Positions 9,602-20,116 of a DNA stretch of 64,000 nt are shown one piece after another. Both the position numbers and the translations under genes were made by a program. Numbering within the stretch: position 1 is the first letter of the stretch; each line of letters begins with the position of its first letter. The DNA is taken from positions 712,268 to 776,267 of the forward strand of contig CAWIKF010000001.1 in the NCBI GenBank assembly GCA_963836755.1, read 5' to 3'. The stretch comes from an uncultured Verrucomicrobiae bacterium. Lineage in GTDB: Bacteria; Verrucomicrobiota; Verrucomicrobiia; Chthoniobacterales; Chthoniobacteraceae. The notes beneath the pieces are model-generated. The model was given only the letters and a program-made list of their open reading frames with translations, did no database searches and was not told the DNA's origin.

Positions 9602-10498
9602 ATGGCGCGCCAAAAAAAACCGGCTACGCGGCGCGATGCCTTTCGCATCGGCATTTCCGGCTGGACCTACGCGCGCTGGCGCGGCGTTTTTTATCCGCCC
9701 GGATTGGCGCACCGCAGCGAACTCAGCTACGCGAGTCGAAAGGTCAATTCCATCGAGATCAACGGCTCCTTTTATTCGCTCCAGCGCCCGACCAGCTATC
9801 AGCGCTGGCACGACGAAACGCCAGACGACTTCATCTTCAGCGTCAAAGGCTCGCGCTTCATCACTCACATGAAAAAGCTGCGCGACATCCGCATCCCGCT
9901 CGCAAACTTTTTCGCGTCGGGATTACTGTGTCTCCGCGAAAAGCTCGGGCCGATCCTTTGGCAATTCCCGCCGAATCTCAGATGGGACGCCGAGCGATTC
10001 GGTAGCTTTTTCGATCTACTCCCGCGGGACACCGCAGCCGCCGCGGAGCTCGCGCGCGAGCACGACGCGAAACTCGAAGGCCGCGCTTGGACGAAGGCCG
10101 ACGCCGCGCGACCAATCCGCCACGCGGTCGAGATTCGCCATCCCACTTTTCTCACGCCGGAGTTCTTTGCGCTTTTGCGCAAACAGAACATCGCCTTCGT
10201 CATCGCCGACACCGCGGGCAAATGGCCATACATCGAAGAAATTACCGCCGATTTTGTTTACTGCCGCCTCCACGGTGCGGAGGAACTTTACGCCAGCGGC
10301 TACACCGAAACGGCGCTCGACTGGTGGGCGCGGCGTCTCCGTCAATGGCAGCGCGGCCTGCAGCCCGACGACGCCCGGCTTCTCACGCACACGCGGCTGC
10401 GCAAAGCCGCGCAAGACATCTTTCTCTACTTTGACAACGACGCCAAAGTTCACGCTCCTTCTGACGCAATCAATCTCGCGAAGCTTCTACGCGAATAG
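9602..10498 (+). CDS. DUF72 domain protein
   Basis: [21 protein letters not shown] and YFDND motifs. Confidence 0.92.
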   Translation: MARQKKPATRRDAFRIGISGWTYARWRGVFYPPGLAHRSELSYASRKVNSIEINGSFYSLQRPTSYQRWHDETPDDFIFSVKGSRFITHMKKLRDIRIPLANFFASGLLCLREKLGPILWQFPPNLRWDAERFGSFFDLLPRDTAAAAELAREHDAKLEGRAWTKADAARPIRHAVEIRHPTFLTPEFFALLRKQNIAFVIADTAGKWPYIEEITADFVYCRLHGAEELYASGYTETALDWWARRLRQWQRGLQPDDARLLTHTRLRKAAQDIFLYFDNDAKVHAPSDAINLAKLLRE

Positions 10499-10528
10499 CT
10501 GGCAATGGAGCTGAATCGTGAAAGTGTT

Positions 10529-11322
10529 CTAGAAGCCAATGCTCGCTCCGCCGTCCACGGGCAGGACAACTCCAGTGATGAATTTGCCGCCGTGGAGCAA
10601 AGGTAAACCGCAGCCCAGCCAATGTCGTCCGCCTCGCCGAAGCGATTCATAGGCGTGCGGCCGAGAATTTTTTCGGCGCGGGAAGGATCGTTCCGAAGCG
10701 CGTTGCGCATCATCTCGGAATCGATCCAGCCGGGCGCGATCGCATTCACTCTGACTCCCTGCCCTGAGACTTCGGCGGCGAGCGTGCGCACCATTCCGAT
10801 ATAGGCGCTCTTGGCCGCGCTGTAGGCCAGCACCAACGGAATGCCGAAAAGCGACGCCATTGAGGCGATGAAAACAATATTCCCATGCTGGCGCGCGAGC
10901 ATCCCGGGCAGCACGGCGGCGCTGAGAGCGTGCGCGCCCAGGACGTGGGTCTGTAAGACCGAATCAAACTCTGCGATTTTAGTTTCGGCGGCTGGTTTTT
11001 TGAGATGAATCCCGGCGTTGTTGATCAGGATCGAAATGGGAGAGGCGGATATTTTCTCCGCCTGTTCGATACAATGCTCCGCGGCTGCGAAGTCAGTCAC
11101 ATCGTGGGAAATCCCAAACGCCCCGTCGCCAAGCTCTCGCACCGCTTTTTCGATCGCATCGCTCCGCCGCCCCACGAGCACTACACGCGCGCCGGCGGAG
11201 ACGAAGCAGCGCGCCATGCCAAAGCCGAGGCCACTCGCACCGCCTGTGATGACTGCAGTCTCACCGGCGAGTGAAAAAGGTCCTGCGGCCGCGTCTAAGC
11301 TCTGTGGATTGGAAGATTTCAT
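10529..11322 (-). CDS. SDR oxidoreductase (gluconate-5-dehydrogenase-like), 1-nt frameshift near 10585
   Basis: [12 protein letters not shown] and YSAAK motifs; adding one A restores [19 protein letters not shown] ending at 10529. Confidence 0.85.
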
Positions 11323-11438
11323 CCTGCGTTAGGTGGATGAACGCATGTTGCCGAAGCGGATTGCGAATGGAAGAAAACATTCGGAACGCCCTTTTCATCA
11401 GTTGCTTTTTTCCGGAGTATCAAGGCTCCTTGAAAACG

Positions 11439-12278
11439 TTGCGAATAGACTCACACAATCATTTTTGGAAATACGATCCGGCCCAACATACTTGGATGAC
11501 CGATCAGATGGGAGTGTTGAAGCGGGATTATCTGCCGGACGATTTTAAGCCTTTATTGGAACAGGCAGGCTTTGACGGAAGCGTGGTCGTCCAAGCGCGT
11601 CAAAGTCTGGAAGAAACGGAATGGTTGCTAGGACTGGCAGAGCGCTATGACTTCCTAAAAGGAGTTGTAGGATGGGTCGACTTGCAATCACCCGAAGTTC
11701 GGAGCCAGCTAGGAAAATACTCTTCCTCTCCGCATCTGCTTGGCGTCCGGCATGTGGTGCATGATGAACCAGATGATAGGTTCATGCTTCGAAAGGAATT
11801 CCTTCGCGGTATTGAACAATTGGAAGACTTCGAGTTGAGCTATGACTTGTTGTTATTTCCGAAGCACCTGCCGGTAGCGGCGGAGCTTGTCCGGAAGTTC
11901 CCCCAGCAGCGTTTTGTGGTGGATCACATCGCAAAGCCTTCTCCTAATCGCGGACCCATCTCAGGTTGGAAAGAAGATATTGAGCGGCTGGCATCATTCC
12001 CAAAAGTATACTGCAAGCTATCCGGCATGGTAACTGAAGCCAGCTGGAACGCGTGGCACGCCGAAGACTTTCACGCTTATCTAGATCATGTTTATGAGGC
12101 ATTCGGACCAGAGCGCCTGATGATCGGCTCGGACTGGCCCGTATGCACCTTGGCTGGCAGTTATGCGGCTGTCATGCAGATCGTCATCGACTGGCTTGAA
12201 CGATTTCAAGTGTCCGTTAGGGAGAATATCCTCGGCGGCAATTGCGCCACGTTTTACAAGCTTCGATTCGAAAATTGA
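11439..12278 (+). CDS. Amidohydrolase-2 family sugar lactonase (L-rhamnono/L-fucono-lactonase-like)
   Basis: IDSHNHFW, DHIAKP, CKLSG and GSDWPV motifs; upstream of rhaT. Confidence 0.85.
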   Translation: MRIDSHNHFWKYDPAQHTWMTDQMGVLKRDYLPDDFKPLLEQAGFDGSVVVQARQSLEETEWLLGLAERYDFLKGVVGWVDLQSPEVRSQLGKYSSSPHLLGVRHVVHDEPDDRFMLRKEFLRGIEQLEDFELSYDLLLFPKHLPVAAELVRKFPQQRFVVDHIAKPSPNRGPISGWKEDIERLASFPKVYCKLSGMVTEASWNAWHAEDFHAYLDHVYEAFGPERLMIGSDWPVCTLAGSYAAVMQIVIDWLERFQVSVRENILGGNCATFYKLRFEN

Positions 12279-12350
12279 CTTCGCTCTACCCGATGTCCTA
12301 GAACTGCATTTGGCTGACAGAGTTCAGCCAAGCAGTTCACCTCCATCAAC

Positions 12351-13532
12351 ATGACAAATCCAATCGTCGGCGTTTTCTACCACTGGCTTGGCGGCCTGGC
12401 TTCCGCGAGTTTTTACATTCCATATCGCGCCGTAAAAAAGTGGTCGTGGGAAACCTACTGGCTCGTTGGTGGTTTTTTTAGCTGGATCATTGCTCCAATG
12501 GTTTTCGCTACGCTGCTGGTTCCGAATCTTTGGACGATGTTGGGCGCCGCTCCTGGATGGCCACTTTTCTGGGCCTACTTTTTCGGGGTGATGTGGGGTT
12601 TTGGCGGCCTTACCTTTGGCCTGACGATGCGCTACCTAGGCATCGCCCTCGGAATGGCGGTAGCGCTTGGATTTTGCGCTGCTTTTGGGACACTCGTTCC
12701 ACCAATCTTCTCCGGACAGCTCGGTAAAATTATCGGCACTAGTTCCGGACAGATGATCCTGCTTGGTGTAGGAGCATGCCTTGTGGGGATCTGCATCAGT
12801 GGAATGGCCGGGATGTCGAAGGAGCGTGAGCTTTCGCCAGAACAGAAAGCGGCGACTGTAAAGGAGTTTAATTTCGGTAAGGGGATGTTAGTGGCGACTT
12901 TTTCGGGAGTGATGAGTTCGTGCTTCGCCTATGGATTGGCAGCGGGAAAGCCATTGGCAGAAATTAGCAAGGCGAGCCTTCTTAAAAACGGAGGAAGTGA
13001 CCTATGGCAGAATCTTCCGGTCCTCGTAGTCGTATTGTGGGGCGGCTTTACGACGAACTTCATCTGGTGTGTGATCCTTAATATTAGAAATCGCACCAGC
13101 CACGAATATTTGAACCTGAGTAACCGAGCAGTGGGCGAGCTATGTGCGGTTGAGGGAGTAATGCTTTCGAATGCCGTGGAGGAAAAAGCAGCGCAAGGGT
13201 CTTCCGCCCTCTCGAACAGTGGATCATCGACTCCAGTCCCGTTACTCTGGAATTACTTCTTCTCCGCTATAGCTGGCATTACGTGGTATCTTCAGTTCTT
13301 TTTTTATAGCATGGGACAAACGAAGATGGGGAAGTTCGAGTTTTCGAGTTGGACGTTGCACATGGCAAGCATCATTATTTTTAGCACGCTCTGGGGAATT
13401 GTTTTGCATGAATGGAGAGGCACGAGCAGGCGAACTCATGTGCTTATCGGCATCGGACTGGCAGTGCTGATTGGATCGACGATGATTGTCGGTTACGGAA
13501 ACTACTTAGGTTTAGCGGCAGCGTCGCACTAA
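12351..13532 (+). CDS. rhaT: L-rhamnose/H+ symporter
   Basis: SASFYIPYRAVKKWSWETYW, GGLTFGLTMRYLG, LQFFFYSMG, SWTLHM. Confidence 0.88.
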   Translation: MTNPIVGVFYHWLGGLASASFYIPYRAVKKWSWETYWLVGGFFSWIIAPMVFATLLVPNLWTMLGAAPGWPLFWAYFFGVMWGFGGLTFGLTMRYLGIALGMAVALGFCAAFGTLVPPIFSGQLGKIIGTSSGQMILLGVGACLVGICISGMAGMSKERELSPEQKAATVKEFNFGKGMLVATFSGVMSSCFAYGLAAGKPLAEISKASLLKNGGSDLWQNLPVLVVVLWGGFTTNFIWCVILNIRNRTSHEYLNLSNRAVGELCAVEGVMLSNAVEEKAAQGSSALSNSGSSTPVPLLWNYFFSAIAGITWYLQFFFYSMGQTKMGKFEFSSWTLHMASIIIFSTLWGIVLHEWRGTSRRTHVLIGIGLAVLIGSTMIVGYGNYLGLAAASH

Positions 13533-13547
13533 AGGGCTTGCTCGCAA

Positions 13548-16500
13548 CTATTGCCCAAATTGTTTGGTGTAGACGAGACGCCAGCGCGTTCCGCGCACAG
13601 CAGCATCCGGGTGAGCTGACAAGTTGGCATCTTCTGTATTGGCCAATGCGTTGCCCTGGCTGTCGGTGATGTTCGCAGTGTTCGGATCGTAGTATTTTTC
13701 AATCGTAAAGGCGCCGCGGTATTCGCCCGTGACCTGGTCGCGATCTTCGCGCCAAACACCCGGAGTGCCGTTGACTGCTTGCTGCACACTTTGCGCCCGC
13801 ACATGGACGGTGAAGGTGTTGGACTTGGTTGTCACGCGCGGGTAGATCATTGAATAGGGCCGCTCTACGCTGTTGTCTCCGGTAAGACTGTTTGTAGTCC
13901 AGAAGGTAGATAGAGTTGAAGAAGTGGAACCGAGCGGTATCAGCGGGACGTCGCAAATCTGGGAAGCCGAAACGAAGAAATTTGGCAGTCTCGCGGAGTT
14001 GGAAGTTCTATTAAAGACCGGATAGAAGGCGGTGGAGTTGGTGATCAACTGGTTGAGAGTTTGATCCGCATCGATCGGATAACGTGTCGTGGCGGCGGCA
14101 ACACCACCTGATGTCTTATATCCCTTGGTGAAATTGTTTACCGACGGATTCAAAGCAGTCACCATAACCGACTTCAAAACGGCTCTCATGCCTGTAGTTC
14201 TGGTGATGTAGGTGAACGGCGCGATCTGCGTGTTCAGATTGATCTTTCCGGAAGTAGAGAGTGGTCCGCTGATGCTCCAGGGCTCGACGATTGGCATCCA
14301 GAAAAGGTCGAGCAAAAGGTGATCCGGCGGATTCAAAGTTGGGTTCGCATTTCCCGGATGAGTATAGGTGCCGTGGTAACCCGGCAACGAGGCGGGTCGA
14401 AAAAGCAGCGTCTGCCATGGACTATTGAATCCTACCGGCAGGGAGCCAAACATGACGGGCGAAGAAAGTTGCCGGTTAGGAGAAAAAAGGGTGGTCATCG
14501 GTGCGCCATATTGCTGCATCACGGTATAGTTCCCAATATAGGGGACGGTGGAGCTGGAACTAGGAGTCATGCCTTCGTCCGGCTTGTTGATCCATGGGCC
14601 GTCGGCGACTAAACCTTCTCCGTTATCCCAGTCAGCGGTTCCAGCGAGGGCACTCGTGCCGCCGCTCAATATCAAACCTGGAATGGCCTTCGCGGAATAG
14701 TTATTAAAAGGAGGAATATCGGGGCCGAAACCACCAAAACTTCCGCTAGTTCCGCCTGTGTAGCCGGCAACAAAGCTGCCCGATGTATAACCAGATGCCC
14801 AATTGTCGCCCGTGCCCATCCGGAAGCAGTTGGTGTTTGTGTTGTAGGTCGTGGAAGTAGGAGTTCCTGTGACCTCAAAAGTATTTTGCGTAGGATCGGA
14901 AGCGGGGATTTTGGGAGCCAGGGCGACCAGACGCGTATCTCCGTCAAGAGGCTGTTTATCCAAAGGCCCCGTCGCAGTCACTGTCCGGACACTGTCATTG
15001 CCGGTGTTGTAAAGAAAGTAACCACCGTTCGCATATGCACCGCAACGGTAGTTACCTTTGGGAGCTGTCCCACTGGCCAGCGCGGCTGGATAGCTGACGG
15101 TGCCGGTGCCAGACGAGGCAGTCGCTGAGTAGATGCTTGTCGCACCATTTTGTCTGAATGCGCCATACCAGTTATTGCTTGAATCCAACCAGAGCGTCGG
15201 CACCGGCGCTTGGATGGACGGAAAGTTAAAGGTAAATTGCTGAAGCTGAGTCCCGGGTGAGGCGGCGGTGCCAGCCAGCCCATAGGTTGTCATCGTGACT
15301 TTTCCCGAGATTGAAACCGGACCGGTCGCTGGAATCAAAGCCAAGCCCGTCGCATACATTGAGTCCTTTGGGCAAGCTGTGCCGCCATTAAAACTGCCAG
15401 TTTCAGCAAAGCAGAGCGGATCGAGTGGACCTCCTATGCCCGATGCATCGCGCGTGCCGGTGATGGTGCCCAGACGGTATAGGTCCGGCATTACCGCACT
15501 CCAGGTGGAAGTAGCGTTAGAGCCTCCAATGGTTAGGTTCAGACTGTTATAGCGAATCCGCATGTTATTATACATGGGAACGTAGCCCGCCATCGGGCTG
15601 ACGAACCTCGGTATCAAAGCCCATTCGACCAAGGTTTGCTGTGAAGGATCATAGGTGGTGCCGGCGAGGCTTCCAGCTCCCGCGCCTCCGATAGTAATAC
15701 TCTTGGCGACATTGCCCGATTCCGCTTTAGTGAGATCGGCCCTGTCATCGACCTTCACGATCGCGAGGCCGAGCTCGGAGATCGTATTGAAGCGTCCAAA
15801 TCCTCGGGTAGTCCCACCGCTTCCACTCGGCGTGATCTGGATCGGCACTACTTGACCAAGAGCGGCTTGATTGACATTGCCTGTCCCGCTGGACGGAGGG
15901 TTGGCCGTGTAGGGCGCAGCGCCAGAGCTGTTGTCCGCCAAATTTGAGGAGCGGATGTAATCAAAGATTTCTGTCAGAATCTGTTCGCTGTCCTTGGCGC
16001 CGAACGGATTGACGTTCCCATATTTCGTAGACGAAGAAAAGCTGGTGCCAAAGCCAGGGATGCTCTGGTTCATGAGAGACTGAAGATAGGCATATACTTG
16101 AGGGTTCCGTGCCACTCCTCCGATAGTGGCAGAGGTGTAGTCCACGGTAGTGCTGGTCGGATCCTTGCGTGCGAAGATCATCGGATGCTGATTGCCAGCC
16201 GTAGCACTGTTGGCCACAGTGGCAGAGCGCAGGATGGCATTGTCAAAGGCGGTGCGGTTCGATGCATGAGAGTCATCCCAGACCGGCCACATCGCCACGC
16301 GCGGAAGGCCGAAAAGATTCAACTCCGGAGCCTTGCTGCTGGAGGTGAGGAAAAAGCGGGTGCGCTCGATGACATTCTGGACCGTGGAACCCGAGCCTAC
16401 GGCTTGCACAGTGCGCGTGGTATCCGTGGAGGCTGGTGGCTTGAAAGCAAACTCATCCACGCTGGCGTAGAGCCGATCTAAGTCAGTGGTTAAATTCGCA

Positions 16501-17585
16501 GTGTTAGGCGCTGCCGTCCCACCCATTGAGGATTGACCTGCTGTATCAGTGACTCGCGGAATGGCATTGGTGATCGCCTGCACAAGATCATTTCGCGACA
16601 AACCACCCAGAGCCGAGCCAAGGACCGTGGAAAGACAGGTCGTCGCGGGATGTCCCGGGTAACGTTGATACTCGTGCTGCGCTCCTTGATAGGTTGCAAG
16701 GAGCACATCTCCTATCGCTGTAGTTTGTGGATATGAGAAGCTGTCGGGAGACTTTCCAGTGTTTGCCACCGGCGTATCCCAATAGGTTCCCTCGGAGGCT
16801 GTGTTGAGATTGACCTTGGCACTTTCGTCATCGGTCCAAAATGCGATGCGCCCCACGATCGGGTTGTTTTTGGTGGGGATGTTCGCCGTAAAGGTCGCGC
16901 TCGGAACTGTAGTGCTCGCTGAAGCAATGTCCGGGCAGGTCAAAGTTCCATCGCGCAGCACATAGAGCCATCGCACCGGCATCGGCAGCCGGGCTGTGTT
17001 TGTGCCGCTGCTGACCTGCACCACGCCGTCGACTCCCGCAGTGTAGCTAAAGCCCTCCACCGGAGTCGAAGGATCGGTCGCACGCGGATCGGCAATGGGG
17101 AAAATCACATCCGAAGGATTGGTCGCGTTCGCAATCGGCGCATTGAGATCGGTGAAGTAGGCCGGCTTCTTGTCCCAAAGCGCATCGAGATCCGAGGAGG
17201 GTGAGAAGTTGGTCACCGCTGGATTGGTGTCCGCCGTCACCACCATGGTGTCCGAGGAGTAGAGCTTGTAATACTTATACGGCGCACTCGAGGCACTGGT
17301 CCCGGTGCCAAAGGTGCGGATCATCCCCGGCTGGCAGGCCCACGCAGTCGTCGTTGTTTCCCGTGGCTCGGTCGCATTGGTGATCGTCCCCTGCACCAAT
17401 TGCACGGCCGAAGCCGCCAATTGCCGCGAACGCAAGTTCGACGCCGAAGCTTTCGCGCCCACAACTTCCGTGGTCACGCGGGTGAAAAACGCCACCACCA
17501 GCACCATCAACAACACCAGCATCCCCAGCACCAACACCAACGCCACTCCGGCCCGGCGGCGGTGGGAAGGTGCCTTCACAAGCAA
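13548..17585 (-). CDS. Verru_Chthon cassette protein A (large PilX-like protein)
   Basis: Prepilin-like GVALVLVL; MPVRWLYV, GRIAFWTDDESAKVNLNTA, QRYPGHPATT, GEYRG motifs. Confidence 0.88.
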   Translation of the reverse strand: MLVKAPSHRRRAGVALVLVLGMLVLLMVLVVAFFTRVTTEVVGAKASASNLRSRQLAASAVQLVQGTITNATEPRETTTTAWACQPGMIRTFGTGTSASSAPYKYYKLYSSDTMVVTADTNPAVTNFSPSSDLDALWDKKPAYFTDLNAPIANATNPSDVIFPIADPRATDPSTPVEGFSYTAGVDGVVQVSSGTNTARLPMPVRWLYVLRDGTLTCPDIASASTTVPSATFTANIPTKNNPIVGRIAFWTDDESAKVNLNTASEGTYWDTPVANTGKSPDSFSYPQTTAIGDVLLATYQGAQHEYQRYPGHPATTCLSTVLGSALGGLSRNDLVQAITNAIPRVTDTAGQSSMGGTAAPNTANLTTDLDRLYASVDEFAFKPPASTDTTRTVQAVGSGSTVQNVIERTRFFLTSSSKAPELNLFGLPRVAMWPVWDDSHASNRTAFDNAILRSATVANSATAGNQHPMIFARKDPTSTTVDYTSATIGGVARNPQVYAYLQSLMNQSIPGFGTSFSSSTKYGNVNPFGAKDSEQILTEIFDYIRSSNLADNSSGAAPYTANPPSSGTGNVNQAALGQVVPIQITPSGSGGTTRGFGRFNTISELGLAIVKVDDRADLTKAESGNVAKSITIGGAGAGSLAGTTYDPSQQTLVEWALIPRFVSPMAGYVPMYNNMRIRYNSLNLTIGGSNATSTWSAVMPDLYRLGTITGTRDASGIGGPLDPLCFAETGSFNGGTACPKDSMYATGLALIPATGPVSISGKVTMTTYGLAGTAASPGTQLQQFTFNFPSIQAPVPTLWLDSSNNWYGAFRQNGATSIYSATASSGTGTVSYPAALASGTAPKGNYRCGAYANGGYFLYNTGNDSVRTVTATGPLDKQPLDGDTRLVALAPKIPASDPTQNTFEVTGTPTSTTYNTNTNCFRMGTGDNWASGYTSGSFVAGYTGGTSGSFGGFGPDIPPFNNYSAKAIPGLILSGGTSALAGTADWDNGEGLVADGPWINKPDEGMTPSSSSTVPYIGNYTVMQQYGAPMTTLFSPNRQLSSPVMFGSLPVGFNSPWQTLLFRPASLPGYHGTYTHPGNANPTLNPPDHLLLDLFWMPIVEPWSISGPLSTSGKINLNTQIAPFTYITRTTGMRAVLKSVMVTALNPSVNNFTKGYKTSGGVAAATTRYPIDADQTLNQLITNSTAFYPVFNRTSNSARLPNFFVSASQICDVPLIPLGSTSSTLSTFWTTNSLTGDNSVERPYSMIYPRVTTKSNTFTVHVRAQSVQQAVNGTPGVWREDRDQVTGEYRGAFTIEKYYDPNTANITDSQGNALANTEDANLSAHPDAAVRGTRWRLVYTKQFGQ

Positions 17586-18677
17586 CTAATTCGAAGGCCC
17601 CTTGGAAACCAGAGGCACGGCAGAGGAAAAGAGCCGGTAATCGATATGATTCTTTTGCAGAAACGCCGTGAGGTTATTGAGATCGGTCTGCCGAGAGGTA
17701 TAGGAAGCATCCGATAAGAAAGTAGAACCGTTATTATATAGTCCGCCAAAGTCCGGCATGGAAGTCGAAGTAGATTGGAAGCGCGCAAAGGTTTTAGGAT
17801 CGACCGCTATCATGATGACCTGGACCAAGGGCGGAAGCTGATTGTGTGAATTGGGAGTAAGCCCTGAGTCCTTGGAAGTATCATAGGAATACTTTGGGGC
17901 GATGTCAGTCGAGGTTCCGTCGGCCGCGCCGCCGCTGGGGCTGCTCGCATCCTTGGGAGCGACCATCGGGAGAAATGCAAGAAGGATGATATTCTCGGCG
18001 ATTGGATGGATCCTCGATGGGCTGGTGGACTTTATTGGATCCTGGAACCAGTCAAGTCCAGTATACGACCATGACTTGGATCGCGGAGGGTTCTGACCGT
18101 TTGAACCGGAAGTATATTTGTAGACGGATAAAGAGTCGGAAGGTTCGGCCAATTCCATCAGCCGAAAGCGCCATTGCAGCGGGATGGTCGCCGGTAGAAA
18201 CGTAGGACGCAGATTTGCGTCGCTTCCCCATTCGATAAAGAAGCCCCAGGTATTCAGGAGCGTTTCCATCTGTCCAAATGAACTGTCACTCACGTATCCA
18301 AAAGGAGCTTGGAAGAAGATAGCGTGAGTGGGATGGCTCGCAGACGAAGCGCTGCCGATTAGGGTTTGTGCACTACCGGAAATAAAGCGAAGCTCTGAAG
18401 CTCGAACATACTGGTTGGTTACAACGTTGTTTGGATCGATGTCGTTGTAGGTATTTAAAGTAGCCTGGCTTAAGCGCCGAGTAATCGCTTCGAATGCATC
18501 GCGCGCTTCCCGAAATTGATCAATCTTCGCAGTCGTTTGTGAAGTAGTTCGTTGGACTGTGCCGGTAATCTGAACCAGAGCTATCATTAGCATGACCAGG
18601 ATCAGCATCGAGACCAACAACTCGACGAGTGTGAAGCCGAGTCGCTGACCCGTGTTTGAGTATCGAGGCGCGATCAT
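17586..18677 (-). CDS. Verru_Chthon cassette protein C (type IV pilin N-methylation motif)
   Basis: GFTLVELLVS; QFREARDAFE..LSQATLN; SELRF; NQLPP. Confidence 0.85.
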   Translation of the reverse strand: MIAPRYSNTGQRLGFTLVELLVSMLILVMLMIALVQITGTVQRTTSQTTAKIDQFREARDAFEAITRRLSQATLNTYNDIDPNNVVTNQYVRASELRFISGSAQTLIGSASSASHPTHAIFFQAPFGYVSDSSFGQMETLLNTWGFFIEWGSDANLRPTFLPATIPLQWRFRLMELAEPSDSLSVYKYTSGSNGQNPPRSKSWSYTGLDWFQDPIKSTSPSRIHPIAENIILLAFLPMVAPKDASSPSGGAADGTSTDIAPKYSYDTSKDSGLTPNSHNQLPPLVQVIMIAVDPKTFARFQSTSTSMPDFGGLYNNGSTFLSDASYTSRQTDLNNLTAFLQKNHIDYRLFSSAVPLVSKGPSN

Positions 18678-19261
18678 AGGCTGCGAGCGACGAATGCGCT
18701 GTAAGTGTAAAGGGGAACAGCGCCGGTGGCAGCAGGAGCTGAGCTGAGCGCACCTGTCCAAAGGCCAGTTGTGGCATTGGTGGCCAACTTCTGGTTGCTA
18801 GGATCATAGGCGACCTGAATGGTGACCGAGGCGAGATCAACGTTGGTCAAAGTAGTCCCGCCGCTTTTCTCCAAAGGAGTAGTCACAGGAACTACTCGGA
18901 TATTGACGTGATAGATCGTCGTTGAGTCAGCGGAACTAGTTTCCGTTCCATCCTCAGTAAAGAAACGCTCGGGAAACTGATAGACCGAGCCTGCCGCCGC
19001 CGGCGCGTAACGCGTCGTGTTCGTCAAGTTGTCAAAGGTCATGCTTTTTACTTCGGAGAAAATCTTCTCCTCGATTTGTGACGTGATGCTGATGTCCTTT
19101 GCAGTGCGAAAGCTGCCCAACCCGACTGGGATCAAGCCAAAGATCGCCAGCAGCGCGAAAGCCATTACGCCGATTGCGAGGGTGACTTCGATCAAGCTGA
19201 AGGCTTCGCGCGCGTCACATTTCCAGCGCGTCACGCGAGTCGCCGCATGAACTTCTCGCAC
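18674..19261 (-). CDS. Verru_Chthon cassette protein B
   Basis: AFSLIEVTLAIGV...GLIPVGL; start uncertain. Confidence 0.8.
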   Translation of the reverse strand: MREVHAATRVTRWKCDAREAFSLIEVTLAIGVMAFALLAIFGLIPVGLGSFRTAKDISITSQIEEKIFSEVKSMTFDNLTNTTRYAPAAAGSVYQFPERFFTEDGTETSSADSTTIYHVNIRVVPVTTPLEKSGGTTLTNVDLASVTIQVAYDPSNQKLATNATTGLWTGALSSAPAATGAVPLYTYSAFVARSL

Positions 19262-19280
19262 GCTTGCTGCGAACGAAACT

Positions 19281-20006
19281 TTACGGCCTGTAGATAATTG
19301 TATGTCCATTAAATGGATCGATCTTGATGGTGAAAAAGTTTGGCGGAGGGGTTTGCAGACCATCACCGTTGGTGATCGCGTGCAGCGTCACATACCAAAG
19401 ACTACTCCGCGGGATCAGACTGTCCGAACCATCGGGCATGATCTGGAAGGAGACGTATTTATAGTTCATGCCGACTCTCGGCAACAGCGGGTCCGCAACC
19501 GGATGCTGTGTTGACGTCGTCGATGAAGCGGTGATTTCGCCGCCCGGCGACTGCTGGATTAACGAGGAAAGAATTCCGGAATCCATGATCACGGTGTTTG
19601 GAAGGAGGAGCATCTTGCCGGTCGGTTTCTTTGAGGTCCCATCCTCAGAGATTTCAAAGCCTTGAATCGCACGGTAGAAGCCTGAAGGAGTCGAAGTCTT
19701 CTCTCCCGCCATGCTTGGATCGGCGAAACGATAGAGCCGCACTTCGACAGTTCGATTCTTCGAGAGTGCCTGTTGACGCAATAGCGCGAGTTCATCCTGC
19801 ACCATTTGTCCGCCTTGGCTGAGTTGCGAACCGCGCATGATGCCGCTCATTGAGGGCGCAACGAGCGCGGTCAAAAGGATGATGATCGCCATGACGACCA
19901 GCAGTTCGACGAGGGTAAACGCTCGCCGCGAGGTGGACTCATTGAATACCGGAGGAAAAGAGCACGAGAGGGCTCTCTGGCGGTTTCCGTTCTGTATGCT
20001 CTCCAT
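19281..20006 (-). CDS. Verru_Chthon cassette protein D (GspH/FimT-like)
   Basis: AFTLVELLVVMAII; RQQALSKNRTVEVR; C-terminal IDPFNG..YRP. Confidence 0.85.
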   Translation of the reverse strand: MESIQNGNRQRALSCSFPPVFNESTSRRAFTLVELLVVMAIIILLTALVAPSMSGIMRGSQLSQGGQMVQDELALLRQQALSKNRTVEVRLYRFADPSMAGEKTSTPSGFYRAIQGFEISEDGTSKKPTGKMLLLPNTVIMDSGILSSLIQQSPGGEITASSTTSTQHPVADPLLPRVGMNYKYVSFQIMPDGSDSLIPRSSLWYVTLHAITNGDGLQTPPPNFFTIKIDPFNGHTIIYRP

Positions 20007-20116
20007 GGGGGGAATGACGAACTTGTAGCTATAATGTATTCTTCATTTTCACAATCCGCACGTGAAATATGGCGAAAAAGTCAACTTTCTTTCGAGCCGC
20101 CATTTTTTCCACATCT

